Source: a virus (lineage: Duplodnaviria > Caudoviricetes). Taken from it: 45,805 bases of DNA. A program made the translations under genes and the position numbers. Positions 17,131 through 26,730 of this stretch are shown here, in pieces (within the stretch, counting starts at the first letter, position 1; each line of letters begins with the position of its first letter). Below the pieces are notes generated by a model. The model did no database searches. It saw only the letters and a list, made by a program, of their open reading frames with translations, and had not been told where the DNA came from. The DNA is taken from the IMG/VR virus record IMGVR_UViG_3300027971_002090, positions 1 through 45,805 of that record; one strand, written 5' to 3'.

Positions 17131-18080
17131 TTGAACTTGACCTCCATCATCAACTGCACAAGACACGCCGTGAGATTGATCTCATGGTCGGCTGCAAACG
17201 CGGCTTTGTACTGGTAGTCGCCAAGCACAAGAATGGCTTGAGGAATGGAACTAGGCTCCGCAGTCTCGTACAGGTTATCGTAGATGGCACGGAAGATACG
17301 GGTCTGATCGTTGTCCAAGTTCTCCACCACCCACTTGCGAACAGCCCCGAAATCCTTTGCCTTCATGTGCTTGACTAGTTCCTTGACCGCCACATCGCCA
17401 AGGGTGTTCAGGATGCCCACATCAATCTTCCCTCCTGCTGCGTACCGCTGCAACTCGTTCAGAGTACGGCGGAAGTCAGGAAAGAACTTCATAATGATTT
17501 GGGCTACCACCTTCTCATCGTATTCCACGCCCTCCGCTTCAAGGATTTCCGTGACCCGCGACAGGAAACGAGAAGCAAGTGCTGGCTTCGCCTTGTTGGG
17601 AATACGGAAATCAATGCAGGTGCATCGGGAGTGCAGCGGCTCAATCACCCTGTTCTTGAAGTTGCAAGTCAGGATGAAACGGCAGTTGTCTGAAAACTCC
17701 TCAATGAAACCGCGAAGGGCGGGTTGAGTGGACTGTGCGTTTGAATAATCAAACTCGTCCAAGATCACCACCTTCTTGACCCCATCGGTCAAGGACACCG
17801 TGGAAGCAAAACTGCGAATCTTTGTCCGAAGGGTATCAATGTTTCCGTCTTCGGAGCAATTCACCACTAGGGTATCACACCCCAAATCATTGCAGAGTGC
17901 CTTCGCCACGGAAGTCTTGCCACAGCCTGGTCCTCCCGACAACAGGAGGTTCTGTGGTTCTCCCCGTTCGACCATTAGCACGAAAGTGTCGTGCGTATCC
18001 GATGGCAGAATGCAGTCTTCCACGGTCTGTGGACGATACTTCTCAACCCAAAGACCCTTCACGGTTTCAGATGTAGTCAC
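17127..18080 (-). CDS. 44: Clamp loader large subunit gp44 (AAA+)
   Basis: LWVEKYRP, Walker A GGPGCGKT, ILDEFD, SRC motif, FPDFRR. Confidence 0.96.
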   Translation of the reverse strand: MTTSETVKGLWVEKYRPQTVEDCILPSDTHDTFVLMVERGEPQNLLLSGGPGCGKTSVAKALCNDLGCDTLVVNCSEDGNIDTLRTKIRSFASTVSLTDGVKKVVILDEFDYSNAQSTQPALRGFIEEFSDNCRFILTCNFKNRVIEPLHSRCTCIDFRIPNKAKPALASRFLSRVTEILEAEGVEYDEKVVAQIIMKFFPDFRRTLNELQRYAAGGKIDVGILNTLGDVAVKELVKHMKAKDFGAVRKWVVENLDNDQTRIFRAIYDNLYETAEPSSIPQAILVLGDYQYKAAFAADHEINLTACLVQLMMEVKFK

Positions 18081-18083
18081 GAA

Positions 18084-18782
18084 TTAAGCCTCGTATGTAG
18101 AATCAGCGTTCAGAGCAATCCAATAAGTCAGCGGTTCATTCTTGTTGGAGAAGGACGAAACCACCTTCTCCGAAATGGCTACGGTGTAATCACCAGGCAG
18201 AATCTTCAGGTTCTCCACATCAAAAATGAACTCAAAGGTTCCTCCTGAAGTGTTTTCACCCACATCCACGGAATAGAAGTTGGAAGTCACATCGCTCTTG
18301 TCAACCGCAGCCAACTGAATCTTGGCTCCGTCATCAGAGGAACGAACGCACAACTGCCCAACCTGAAGCACAGACGCGGCTTTGATGATCTCGCTAAAGT
18401 CCTTTGCGCTCAAGTCAAACTTGACCACGGGCTTGGGCATACTGATCTTCTTGCTTGTGGATGTCACTAGACGGGGGTCGCAGTAGTAGTATCGCACACT
18501 GGACTTGCCGCTCCTAACGGTGATGTAGGTGTCCTCAAACGCAAACTCGGGATCCTTGAACAGACTCACCGTGCCAAGAAACTTGTTCAGATCCCAAATA
18601 GCAAACTGCTTGGGAAAAGTTTCGTTCACCTTGGCTTCGGCTAGAATGTTCTTCGTGGACGACAGGGTGTTCAGAGTATTACCCTCGTTCACGATGATGC
18701 CTGAATTGATGGAAGCAAAGTTCTTGAGGATATCAAGAGTCTGCTTTGAGATAGTCACGGTATTACTCTTGGTCATCGTCAT
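18084..18782 (-). CDS. 45: Sliding clamp gp45
   Basis: ISKQTLDILKNFASINSGI, FAIWDLNKFL, ENLKILPGDY.V.IS, YWIAL. Start at 18782 or 18776. Confidence 0.95.
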   Translation of the reverse strand: MTMTKSNTVTISKQTLDILKNFASINSGIIVNEGNTLNTLSSTKNILAEAKVNETFPKQFAIWDLNKFLGTVSLFKDPEFAFEDTYITVRSGKSSVRYYYCDPRLVTSTSKKISMPKPVVKFDLSAKDFSEIIKAASVLQVGQLCVRSSDDGAKIQLAAVDKSDVTSNFYSVDVGENTSGGTFEFIFDVENLKILPGDYTVAISEKVVSSFSNKNEPLTYWIALNADSTYEA

Positions 18783-18939
18783 AATCCAAATCTCGCTTTC
18801 CTGCGTTGTAGTCTTCCACATATCGCTTCAGATGATCCTTCTCATCGTGACGGCGGCGGCTCTTGTGCTTTTGCTCCACGCTCTTTCGTGCCTTCTTGGC
18901 GGCGGGGTCGCGGCTATCGTAGTCTTGTCGGTCTTGCAT
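18763..18939 (-). CDS. Small hypothetical protein (58 aa, basic middle, acidic end)
   Basis: MQDRQDYDSRDPAAKKARKSVEQKHKSRRRHDEKDHLKRYVEDYNAGKRDLDYDDDQE; fills the gap between rnh and gene 45. Confidence 0.6.
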   Translation of the reverse strand: MQDRQDYDSRDPAAKKARKSVEQKHKSRRRHDEKDHLKRYVEDYNAGKRDLDYDDDQE

Positions 18940-18940
18940 T

Positions 18941-19789
18941 TCAGAAATCCTGGATATCTCCAACTAGGTTTCGTAGTCCCTTCTCTATCATATAGTTCAG
19001 AATCTTGGCGCGAGAGGGTGTGAAAGGTTTATTCCATTCCGATTCAATCTTTGATTCGTACTCGGCGGGAATATTCAGCAAATTGATCAGGGTGTTGTTC
19101 CTGTTCCAATTAACTGCGTACTTGTCAGACACCTTTCCCGTGTCCGCGTATTCTTTGAGAATTTCAGTCATTCGCTTTTGAGTGATGGGCTTCTGTCGCT
19201 TTCCTGCGTCCATGAAGCAGTCGTCATCCGACAGCAGGTTGGGTACACCGTCAGTGGAATCACCCTTCACGATATGCTCAAGCAGAAACTGATGTGGATT
19301 GTCCACCGTGATGAACTTCTTTTGGATGGGTGCGTACTGCGTCACATTCTTGTGGATCAGTAGTTGACCAAAGTCCTTGTCTCCGCTGAGAATAAGAATC
19401 TTCTCGGTTGGAGCGTAGGTCTTTACCAAGTACGCAATGATGTCATCGGCTTCACAGCCCTGCACAAGCACATTCCTGTACGGAAAGTTCTCTGCAACTT
19501 CCGCACGAATGCGGTTGATGATATCGTAAAAATTATCCCATTGCTCTGCGTTTTCCTTGCGATCAGCCCGTCGCTTGGCTTTGTACAGCGAAAAGAAATC
19601 ACGCCGCCAAGACGCTCCACCGTCTTCGCAGATCACCAGTTCGCCGTACTCGCGGAAAAACTTCTTGCGGTACATTCTGTAGGTGTTCAGCACCATGTGA
19701 CGGCAAAGGTTTTCGTCAATTGCTCCAATGTCCCGTGTCTGTGCAAAGATGGAGGACATGAGTACCTGTGTGTTGTCAACGAGAATCAT
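18941..19789 (-). CDS. rnh: T4-type RNase H (5'-3' exonuclease)
   Basis: MILVD, SWRRDFF..YKAKR, EADDIIA, ILSGDKDFGQL, KGDSTDGVPN. Start ATG 19789 (ATGA overlap). Confidence 0.93.
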   Translation of the reverse strand: MILVDNTQVLMSSIFAQTRDIGAIDENLCRHMVLNTYRMYRKKFFREYGELVICEDGGASWRRDFFSLYKAKRRADRKENAEQWDNFYDIINRIRAEVAENFPYRNVLVQGCEADDIIAYLVKTYAPTEKILILSGDKDFGQLLIHKNVTQYAPIQKKFITVDNPHQFLLEHIVKGDSTDGVPNLLSDDDCFMDAGKRQKPITQKRMTEILKEYADTGKVSDKYAVNWNRNNTLINLLNIPAEYESKIESEWNKPFTPSRAKILNYMIEKGLRNLVGDIQDF

Positions 19790-20901
19790 TGGTTTACCTG
19801 TAGGATGATGCAGTGCTTGTTGATGCGCCCCGTGGGTTCGCTTGGCTTCGTCTTCACGCCGTTGAGGTAACGCACCGCAGCGGTGTAGGTCTTGCGGCAA
19901 CCGTCCGCGTTCTTCACGAACTCGTCAGGCTTACGCACCGTCTTCTCAAAGGACTTTGTGCTGTCAAACCCCACAACAGTAGACCCCTTCACCGCTAGTC
20001 CGCTCTTCGGCTCAACTGCGGTGAATACGGTGGCTTTGCTGTTCTTGGTGTTGAACACAATGAGTCCTTGTGATCCAATGATAGCCTGTGGCTTCACGGA
20101 GTCAACCCCAAAAGGCTCACTTCGTGCCAAAAATTTCAAACCCTTTATTTGCTTTTCAGCACTCTGTGCCTTGCGCTTGCGGGGCTTGCGGGACGCACGG
20201 AGAACACCAAGACGGTCATCCAAATTTTGAATTGCGCCGCCAAGTATTTCGGTCATATATTTCAAACCCTTGGCGGTGAAGTGGGAATACCCTTCCTTCA
20301 GGTCAGGATCGCTGCCGCTGCTAGCCGCAGAAAATTCCTGAAGAACGGTGTCCAACCGTTCGCGCACAGCAAGAGCCAGCGGACGGTTCAGGTCACTGGT
20401 CTTGATCCAATCAAGCAGAGAGGTGTCCTTGCGCTTGCCGCCAAGCACAGCGGTCATGGTGTCATCAATAACAGGCTCCAACAAGCACAGGGTGGCATCT
20501 GCCTTGGCAGCAACCCGTTCAGCCACGCTTGGACGCTCCGCAACAGGTGCGTTGGATCGGGCACTGTCAAGCAGTTCGGTCAGGTGTTTTGCAATGACTT
20601 CTTGCTGCTTTTCAGAGAACGGAAACCCAAGAACAGCCATGCGGCAGTACGGAGCCACAAATCGGAAATGCTCCTTTCCTGCACGGGACACCAGTGCTGC
20701 GTCTTCGCTCCGTCCGCTCTCTTCCAAGTAATCACGCACCCACACCTTGGCAGACGGAAGTTTATAATTCTGTCTGTACCAATACAGAGACTTCTCTATG
20801 GTGAGTTCAATGTCTTCTGCCTTGGTAGCAGGATCGTAGTGCGGCTCTGTCCCACCCGACAGAATGTTTTTCGCTCGTTCTTTTGAAATTTTCCGACTCA
20901 T
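19786..20901 (-). CDS. Conserved hypothetical T4-like phage protein
   Basis: Long intact ORF coupled to its neighbours, with LKEGYSH, RKPRKRK, KTVRKP, TGRIN. Resembles the unknown protein found next to rnh in environmental T4-like phages. Confidence 0.6.
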   Translation of the reverse strand: MSRKISKERAKNILSGGTEPHYDPATKAEDIELTIEKSLYWYRQNYKLPSAKVWVRDYLEESGRSEDAALVSRAGKEHFRFVAPYCRMAVLGFPFSEKQQEVIAKHLTELLDSARSNAPVAERPSVAERVAAKADATLCLLEPVIDDTMTAVLGGKRKDTSLLDWIKTSDLNRPLALAVRERLDTVLQEFSAASSGSDPDLKEGYSHFTAKGLKYMTEILGGAIQNLDDRLGVLRASRKPRKRKAQSAEKQIKGLKFLARSEPFGVDSVKPQAIIGSQGLIVFNTKNSKATVFTAVEPKSGLAVKGSTVVGFDSTKSFEKTVRKPDEFVKNADGCRKTYTAAVRYLNGVKTKPSEPTGRINKHCIILQVNQ

Positions 20902-20903
20902 GG

Positions 20904-22616
20904 TTAGCATAGTTTGCTGAAGTTGTTGACCTTCTTATAGGTCAAGATGTTCTGGAACTTATCTAGCAGTTGGTCAGACTTGTGAGAGATCACAAAGATA
21001 TTGTTGCTTCCGCCCATGCTTTGGAGTATCTTGATGACTTCTTCAGTGCCCACGGCATCAAGAGAAGAATCAAATACCTCGTCTAGAATCAACAGGTTCG
21101 TGTTGGCACAGTTCTTCATTCTAGCAATGTCTCGCCACGCAAGCAAGAGAGAAAGGTCGATTCTCAATTTTTCACCCTCGCTGAAATTTTCATATGAGAA
21201 TTCGTCGCGGTGGCGGCTCTTGATTATTTCATTGAAGTCTTCGTTCAGGGTGAACTGGGCAAAAAAGTCCATTGAAATCAAATACTTGTTAATGATTTTG
21301 TTCAGGGCAGGAATGTATTTACGAATGATTTTCCGCTTGATGCCGCTGTCCTTCAGCAGCACCGTGGCAATCTCCATTGTGTGTAGATCCTGCACAAGAT
21401 CCTTCTTCTGCCCTTCTGCACCGTCCTCTTCGCCCTGTAGTGCAGCCATTGCGTCTCGCTCAGTCTGAAGAGATGCCTTCTCTCGCTGCACCTTCTCTGC
21501 GAGTTCCTGCAACTGCTTCAGATACTTCTTGGATGAAGTGATGGCAGAATCGGTTCGGTGAGACTCCTGCTTCTTCTCGTCAATCTGCTTGACAACGACA
21601 TTGGCAATATCCAACTTGGTACGAGCGTCCTCAAGCATCTGCTCCATCTTGCGAAGACCAAGCGCGAGTTCGGTTTCACGAGACTCCTTTTTGCTGATCA
21701 TCTCCTGACGGAATTCATCAGGCAGTTCGTGCTTGCACACAGGGCAGTCCTCGTTCTGCTTGTAGAACTCCCGCTCTACCTGAACCTTCTTCACGCTGCC
21801 CTGCATCTGCTTGCGTAGAGTGTTCATCTGCGACAGGGAGTCGCGCTGCTTGTCCACGGACGCAACGCTCTCGGTGAGAGCGGTGATCTCGGTCTGTAGT
21901 TCAGCCTTCTTCTCAAGCAGGGCTTGAAGAGAACTCTGTTCCTCTGTGGCAGAAGTCTTATACGACTCTAATTGGGAATCGGACTTCTCCTCAATCTTCT
22001 TGATCATGTCAGCCTTGTGTTCAATCCGCATTTTGGCTGTGCTGATCTTTCCTTCCACATCGCGCAGGGCTTCCTTGGTTTCGGAAAGCCGCGTCTTCAG
22101 CACTTCATTCATTTTGGAGAACACATCAATGTCCAACAGATTCTCCACGATGTTGCGGCGATCCGCAGCAGGCAACCGCATGAACGGGACATAGTTCGTG
22201 GAGCCAAGGATAACTACCTGACAGAATGTCTTGTAGTTCATCTTGAGAATCTGCCCCTCAAGAATGGCTTGGTAATCCTTGGCGTTCGCGGTCTGCTCTA
22301 CCATCTTGCCGTCCTTCTCAATGGCAAACAACTTGGGAGCCAATCCACGGGTCACCTTGTACTTGCTGCTGTTCAGGGAAAACTCAATCTCCGCTACACA
22401 GTCCTTGCCGTTGATGGAGTTCACCAACAGGGGCAGATTGATGTTGCGGAACGGCTTGCCGTACAGCACAAAGGTGAGGGCATCCAACATCGTGGTCTTG
22501 CCCGCACCGTTTTCACCACACACAAGAGTGGTTGACGACTTGTCTAGTTGCACTTCTGTGAATACATTGCCTGTACTCAACAGATTCTTCCAACGGATTT
22601 TAGTGAATGTAATCAT
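20904..22616 (-). CDS. 46: Recombination endonuclease ATPase subunit gp46 (Rad50/SbcC-like)
   Basis: WKNLLSTGN, GENGAGKTT, CPVC zinc hook, FSEGEKLRID, LILDEVFDSSLD, VISH. Confidence 0.96.
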   Translation of the reverse strand: MITFTKIRWKNLLSTGNVFTEVQLDKSSTTLVCGENGAGKTTMLDALTFVLYGKPFRNINLPLLVNSINGKDCVAEIEFSLNSSKYKVTRGLAPKLFAIEKDGKMVEQTANAKDYQAILEGQILKMNYKTFCQVVILGSTNYVPFMRLPAADRRNIVENLLDIDVFSKMNEVLKTRLSETKEALRDVEGKISTAKMRIEHKADMIKKIEEKSDSQLESYKTSATEEQSSLQALLEKKAELQTEITALTESVASVDKQRDSLSQMNTLRKQMQGSVKKVQVEREFYKQNEDCPVCKHELPDEFRQEMISKKESRETELALGLRKMEQMLEDARTKLDIANVVVKQIDEKKQESHRTDSAITSSKKYLKQLQELAEKVQREKASLQTERDAMAALQGEEDGAEGQKKDLVQDLHTMEIATVLLKDSGIKRKIIRKYIPALNKIINKYLISMDFFAQFTLNEDFNEIIKSRHRDEFSYENFSEGEKLRIDLSLLLAWRDIARMKNCANTNLLILDEVFDSSLDAVGTEEVIKILQSMGGSNNIFVISHKSDQLLDKFQNILTYKKVNNFSKLC

Positions 22617-23677
22617 GGCTTCATGCTCTCGTTTGCTAGGCACTCTGCGTACAAGTCACGCACCAAGTCCTTCAGCCGCTTGGGATCAGAAATATTCTGA
22701 AGGGCTTCGATTTCCTTGTTGATGATGGTGATGGTGTCCTCACCCAAATCCACGAGGTCGCTGTCCCCGCTTTGGTCTGCTTGCAGGTCTTCGATGATCG
22801 TGACTCCGTGGGGAGCCGAAGCGTACACCGAATCCACGAACTTTTCAAACAGATACGGCTTCGTCTTCTTCTCCACCACGATACGCACAAACTTACCGCG
22901 TGTGCGCTCTTCCTCTACAGACAGCGGAACTGTCTCGCTGGCATCGGTGTCATCGTAGCGAATCTGCGTGAAGATCGTGTGGGGATTCTTAATAAATTCT
23001 AACTCACGGGTTTCCGTGTCCAGAATATGAAAGCCTTTTTTGTCGCCGTAGTCGTTCAGCGTGATCTGATACGGGCATCCCAAGTAGTGGACATTTTCGC
23101 GGGAATGCCGCGTGTGAAAGTGTCCCGTGTACACCGCTTGAAACTTCTTGAACAGCCCTGCATCCATACCGCCGTCAAACGGCGTGTTCCGCAGCACTTG
23201 GTAGCCGTGCAGTTCTAGGTGTCCACACAGTATCTCTGCGGGAGTGTCCCGTATAAACCGCAGCGACTCTTCTTCGTTTTCCTTGTTGATCCACGGCAGC
23301 ATGGCAATGGGAAGCCCATCAAAGTCAAGCACCTTGGGGGTGTCGTGAACAACGAAACGGTCAGAGAACAACTCCTGAAGCGAATTCACCTCGCTCTTGT
23401 TCTTGTAGAAGATGTCGTGGTTGCCCAAGATGCAGTGCATCTTTGCACCGCTCTGCTCAAGCCGCTTCACGAATCCGCTCTGCACCGCGTTCAGCGTAAG
23501 AAAGTTCACGAACTTGCGGCGATCAAGAAAGTCACCCAAGTGAATAATAGTGTCGATACCCTCGGCTTCGATACGAGGAAAGAACACGCGGTCAAAGAAC
23601 CGCATGAAGTGTTCCATGAAAATCGGGGAATCGTTACGCGCACCGAAATGGGTATCAGTCACCAATGCAATCTTCAC
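22613..23677 (-). CDS. 47: Recombination endonuclease nuclease subunit gp47 (Mre11/SbcD-like)
   Basis: DTHFG, HLGDFLD, GNHD, GHLE, GHFH motifs. Confidence 0.96.
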   Translation of the reverse strand: MKIALVTDTHFGARNDSPIFMEHFMRFFDRVFFPRIEAEGIDTIIHLGDFLDRRKFVNFLTLNAVQSGFVKRLEQSGAKMHCILGNHDIFYKNKSEVNSLQELFSDRFVVHDTPKVLDFDGLPIAMLPWINKENEEESLRFIRDTPAEILCGHLELHGYQVLRNTPFDGGMDAGLFKKFQAVYTGHFHTRHSRENVHYLGCPYQITLNDYGDKKGFHILDTETRELEFIKNPHTIFTQIRYDDTDASETVPLSVEEERTRGKFVRIVVEKKTKPYLFEKFVDSVYASAPHGVTIIEDLQADQSGDSDLVDLGEDTITIINKEIEALQNISDPKRLKDLVRDLYAECLANESMKP

Positions 23678-24288
23678 TTCTTCTTGCCTTTCTTCACAGG
23701 CTTTGCTGTCTGTGCCTTCACGGGTTTCTTTGCCGCTGGCTTGCTCTTTGTCTTTGGAGCAGTCTTTGGAGCAGGGACTTCTTCCGCTTCACCCGTCTTC
23801 TTCTCAAACGAGTTGATGTCGTTCTCCGTCAAGAATGTGGGAAGAGTTTCAAAGTTGTCACCCACCTTCAGGTAGTTCTCACGGAACCACTTCTTCATCT
23901 GTGAGTCCACATCGCTCATCTCAATCTTCTTGAGTTTGATGTACGCTTGCTTCTTCTCCTTCTGGATGCGGCGAAGGAATGCATAGTAGATGATCTGCGT
24001 GAAGTACGAGAACGGATTCTTCGACTTAGACGGATCAAAGTTGTATGCGTACAGCAGACAATTCTCAATCCCGTCAGAGATCATCTCGTCCCGATAAGGG
24101 TAGTTCATAAAGTTTGGCTTGCGAGATAGGTTCTCCGCAATCTTCATAAAGCACTCGCCAATGTAGTGCGTCACGGGTGGGTGTTTCTCCCCCCGCGCAT
24201 TGCTGTCGTCAACCAAAGCCTTCCACGCTTGCATCTCCGCGAAAAACTGTTGGTTGTCGATATAGTGGTCACTCTTCTTCTTCACCAT
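23674..24288 (-). CDS. 55: Late-transcription sigma factor gp55 with Lys/Ala/Pro-rich C-terminal tail
   Basis: HYIDN, YIGECFMKIAENLS.KPNF.NY.YRDEMISDGIENCL.Y..NFDP, NPFSYFTQI.YYAFLRRIQKEKKQ. Confidence 0.95.
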   Translation of the reverse strand: MVKKKSDHYIDNQQFFAEMQAWKALVDDSNARGEKHPPVTHYIGECFMKIAENLSRKPNFMNYPYRDEMISDGIENCLLYAYNFDPSKSKNPFSYFTQIIYYAFLRRIQKEKKQAYIKLKKIEMSDVDSQMKKWFRENYLKVGDNFETLPTFLTENDINSFEKKTGEAEEVPAPKTAPKTKSKPAAKKPVKAQTAKPVKKGKKK

Positions 24289-24306
24289 CACATTCCTTTC
24301 GGTTCC

Positions 24307-24335
24307 ATTATGAATCATTCAGCAACGCTTGTCAA
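24307..24335 (-). promoter_or_regulatory. Host sigma70-type promoter for the gp55-47-46 operon
   Basis: TTGACA-N17-CATAAT on the minus strand, immediately upstream of SD AAGGA and the gene 55 ATG. Confidence 0.8.
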
Positions 24336-25231
24336 CCCTCATCTGTATTTTTTGGGGGTTCTTGTTCGGGCATATAGTCCTTCAAATATGGCGACCAATC
24401 ATCGTGACTGTTGCCGTAGTTGGGCTTGTTTTTCAAATCCTCTGTGGGTTCTTTCCAATCATCCTTGGAAATCTTTTCGCGCTTGGGCTTCTTTGGCTTC
24501 TTTGGCTTGTCTTCCACTTCGTCTTCTTCCTCGTTGAGTAATTCTTCCAAGAAATCTGTGCTAGTGAAGTCCTGAACGCAGTCCTTCAGATAATCAAGAA
24601 ATCCACTCTCAACCCAACTAGCCATGATGTCCTGTGGAATGCTGACAGAGAATATGATAGCGTTGGGCATACGGGGCGGCATATTCCCGCCCATAGGAGG
24701 CATGAATGGGAATGCAAGGGGAGGCAGTCCAAGCGGTGCTTTGGGATCAGCCTTGTTGAAATCAGAAAACGCATTCTTTAGGTCAAGGGTTGCACCGCTC
24801 AAGGAACCACTGGAGTACTGCTGTAGAAACTCATCCAGTTTCTCTTCCATCTCCTCATTGATCTTCTGTAGGTCTTCCTCGCTGATGTTCACGGGAGGAG
24901 CAGGGGGAACCGATGGAATGCCTTGGTTGATATCGTCTGCTTCGGTCTGACGGGCGTACAGGGCAACAAGATCAGGATCAGGAGCGAGTTCAACCACCAC
25001 AAAGTCGGTGGGAATATTTGCGTGGATTTCGGATGTGCTGCCAAGCCAATCGGAGCAGTAGATGCTGTGACGCTTGAGTCCTGTGTATGGATCAGTCTGA
25101 ATGTTATTGATGATTCGCATGGGGCGGTGGAGTTTGATCTTACCTCGTGTCTTGCCAGCAACCTTGGCAATAATCTCTTCGCCGCTGCGGAGTTTGAAGA
25201 CTCTGAGTTCTGTGATTTTCTTCTTGCTCAT
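24332..25231 (-). CDS. Hypothetical protein with Sm-like N-terminal domain and Pro-rich/acidic extension
   Basis: VFKLRSGEEIIAKV N-terminus typical of the T4-like gene downstream of uvsW; low-complexity remainder. Confidence 0.55.
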   Translation of the reverse strand: MSKKKITELRVFKLRSGEEIIAKVAGKTRGKIKLHRPMRIINNIQTDPYTGLKRHSIYCSDWLGSTSEIHANIPTDFVVVELAPDPDLVALYARQTEADDINQGIPSVPPAPPVNISEEDLQKINEEMEEKLDEFLQQYSSGSLSGATLDLKNAFSDFNKADPKAPLGLPPLAFPFMPPMGGNMPPRMPNAIIFSVSIPQDIMASWVESGFLDYLKDCVQDFTSTDFLEELLNEEEDEVEDKPKKPKKPKREKISKDDWKEPTEDLKNKPNYGNSHDDWSPYLKDYMPEQEPPKNTDEG

Positions 25232-26730
25232 GCGTCTTCTCCTAACTGTATCTTGACAACCTTGTAGTCAAATCCTTCGGCTTCGTACAGTTTCATACGC
25301 TCATTCATGTGACGGAGTGTGTGATTTTTCCATGATTTGAAAGACAGATCGTCGCCCAAATCGTAAAGTCGTGCTGTCGTCTTGTCTTTTGAAACCCGCA
25401 ACTGTCTACCGATGCTCTGTAGTACCCGTATACGGGACTTGGATGGTGAGGCAAATATGATGTTGTTCAGCCTTCGGATGGAGATGCCTGTGCTAAAGGT
25501 TCCATACGAAGCAATGATCACGGCATCGGACTCGCTCTCTACGATCTTGCGTATCTCTTCTCGCTCCGATGCCTCAGTACCACCATAGACAAAGAATACC
25601 TTGCGCTCGGGAGGAATGCAAGCCCTCACTAGACTATTTAGTACCTTTCCGTGATCTTCAACGAATTGAAAAAGTATGAGCGAGTTGCCCTTGAGCGACT
25701 TGCACAGGTTGGCGATGAATTTATTGCGGCGAGTGGAGCCAATGATCCATTTAATTTCATCAGGATATTTTGCGCGCTTGATGGCTTCACGATCAATATC
25801 TGGATACGAAAGCACAATGCAATCAATTTTCAAATCACTCAGGATCTTCTGCTCCATGAGATCCTTGGTTTTCGTGACCTCATAGGCGCGTCCAAACAAC
25901 CCTTCAAGCACAAGGCGATGGGTCTGTGTACCGTCTAGTGTGCCTGTTGTGCCCACACGAAACGGGCAGGTCTTGAGTTTGGTCAGGATAGCCGTGAGCG
26001 ACTTGGACTTGAACAGGTGGGCTTCATCCCCGATCACTGCGCCAAACTGCTGAAAGTATTTTTCAGTCTGCTTGAACAGCGACTGCCAAGTGGACACCAC
26101 CACACGCTTGTCCGTTCCCTTGTCTGCTCCTGCCATGATCTTGTGGCAGTTTTTGTCCACGCTCCACCCGTTTGCAGACGAGTAATCCGTGAAGTCGGAA
26201 ATCATCTGCTCCACCAACGATACCGTGGGCACAATGATCAGCACCTTCTTGTCCTTGGGAATCTTGTCCAAGTAGTATCGCAACAGGGAGTAGATAATGA
26301 GGCTTTTGCCGCTGCCCGTGGGCGACAGGAGCAAGCACCGCTCTTCCTGCATGGCGTGATGCACGGCATTCACTTGGTGTTCGTGTGGAGCCACCTTCTG
26401 TCCGCGCACATGAACATTCAGAAAGTCTTCCATGAATCCCTTGACTTCGGTGGGAGTGGTCTTGAATGCGTTTCGGGCAGGCAGGGATACGGTGTACTTG
26501 CGCTCGTCTGCAAACTTCTTGATGTAGTCCGTCAGCCCTGCGTAAATGGTCTGCGTGTGAATGTTGTACAGTTTGATTTCACCGTTCCACATACGAGAAC
26601 GGTACGCAGGCATGAACTTGTAACCTGGAACCTTGAAAGTGAAATAGTCGGACAATTCGTGAGCAATGCCTCGGTCGCATTCCACACGAACATTTACGGA
26701 ATCTACTTCACTCACATCAAGGTCAAACAT
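25228..26730 (-). CDS. uvsW: UvsW DNA/RNA helicase (SF2)
   Basis: FTFKVPGYKFMPAY, SPTGSGKS, GDEAH, GTTGT, TFSTGISI, LQSIGR.LR. Confidence 0.96.
   Translation of the reverse strand: MFDLDVSEVDSVNVRVECDRGIAHELSDYFTFKVPGYKFMPAYRSRMWNGEIKLYNIHTQTIYAGLTDYIKKFADERKYTVSLPARNAFKTTPTEVKGFMEDFLNVHVRGQKVAPHEHQVNAVHHAMQEERCLLLSPTGSGKSLIIYSLLRYYLDKIPKDKKVLIIVPTVSLVEQMISDFTDYSSANGWSVDKNCHKIMAGADKGTDKRVVVSTWQSLFKQTEKYFQQFGAVIGDEAHLFKSKSLTAILTKLKTCPFRVGTTGTLDGTQTHRLVLEGLFGRAYEVTKTKDLMEQKILSDLKIDCIVLSYPDIDREAIKRAKYPDEIKWIIGSTRRNKFIANLCKSLKGNSLILFQFVEDHGKVLNSLVRACIPPERKVFFVYGGTEASEREEIRKIVESESDAVIIASYGTFSTGISIRRLNNIIFASPSKSRIRVLQSIGRQLRVSKDKTTARLYDLGDDLSFKSWKNHTLRHMNERMKLYEAEGFDYKVVKIQLGEDA

Noticed and set aside
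5028-24318. Upstream-extended starts in the ORF track (5885, 7482, 10860, 15663, 17166, 18821, 19900, 22643, 24318)
   Set aside because: Most extensions overlap the neighbouring gene (24318 instead falls inside the gene 55 promoter). Downstream starts have SD sequences or stop/start overlaps and match family N-termini.
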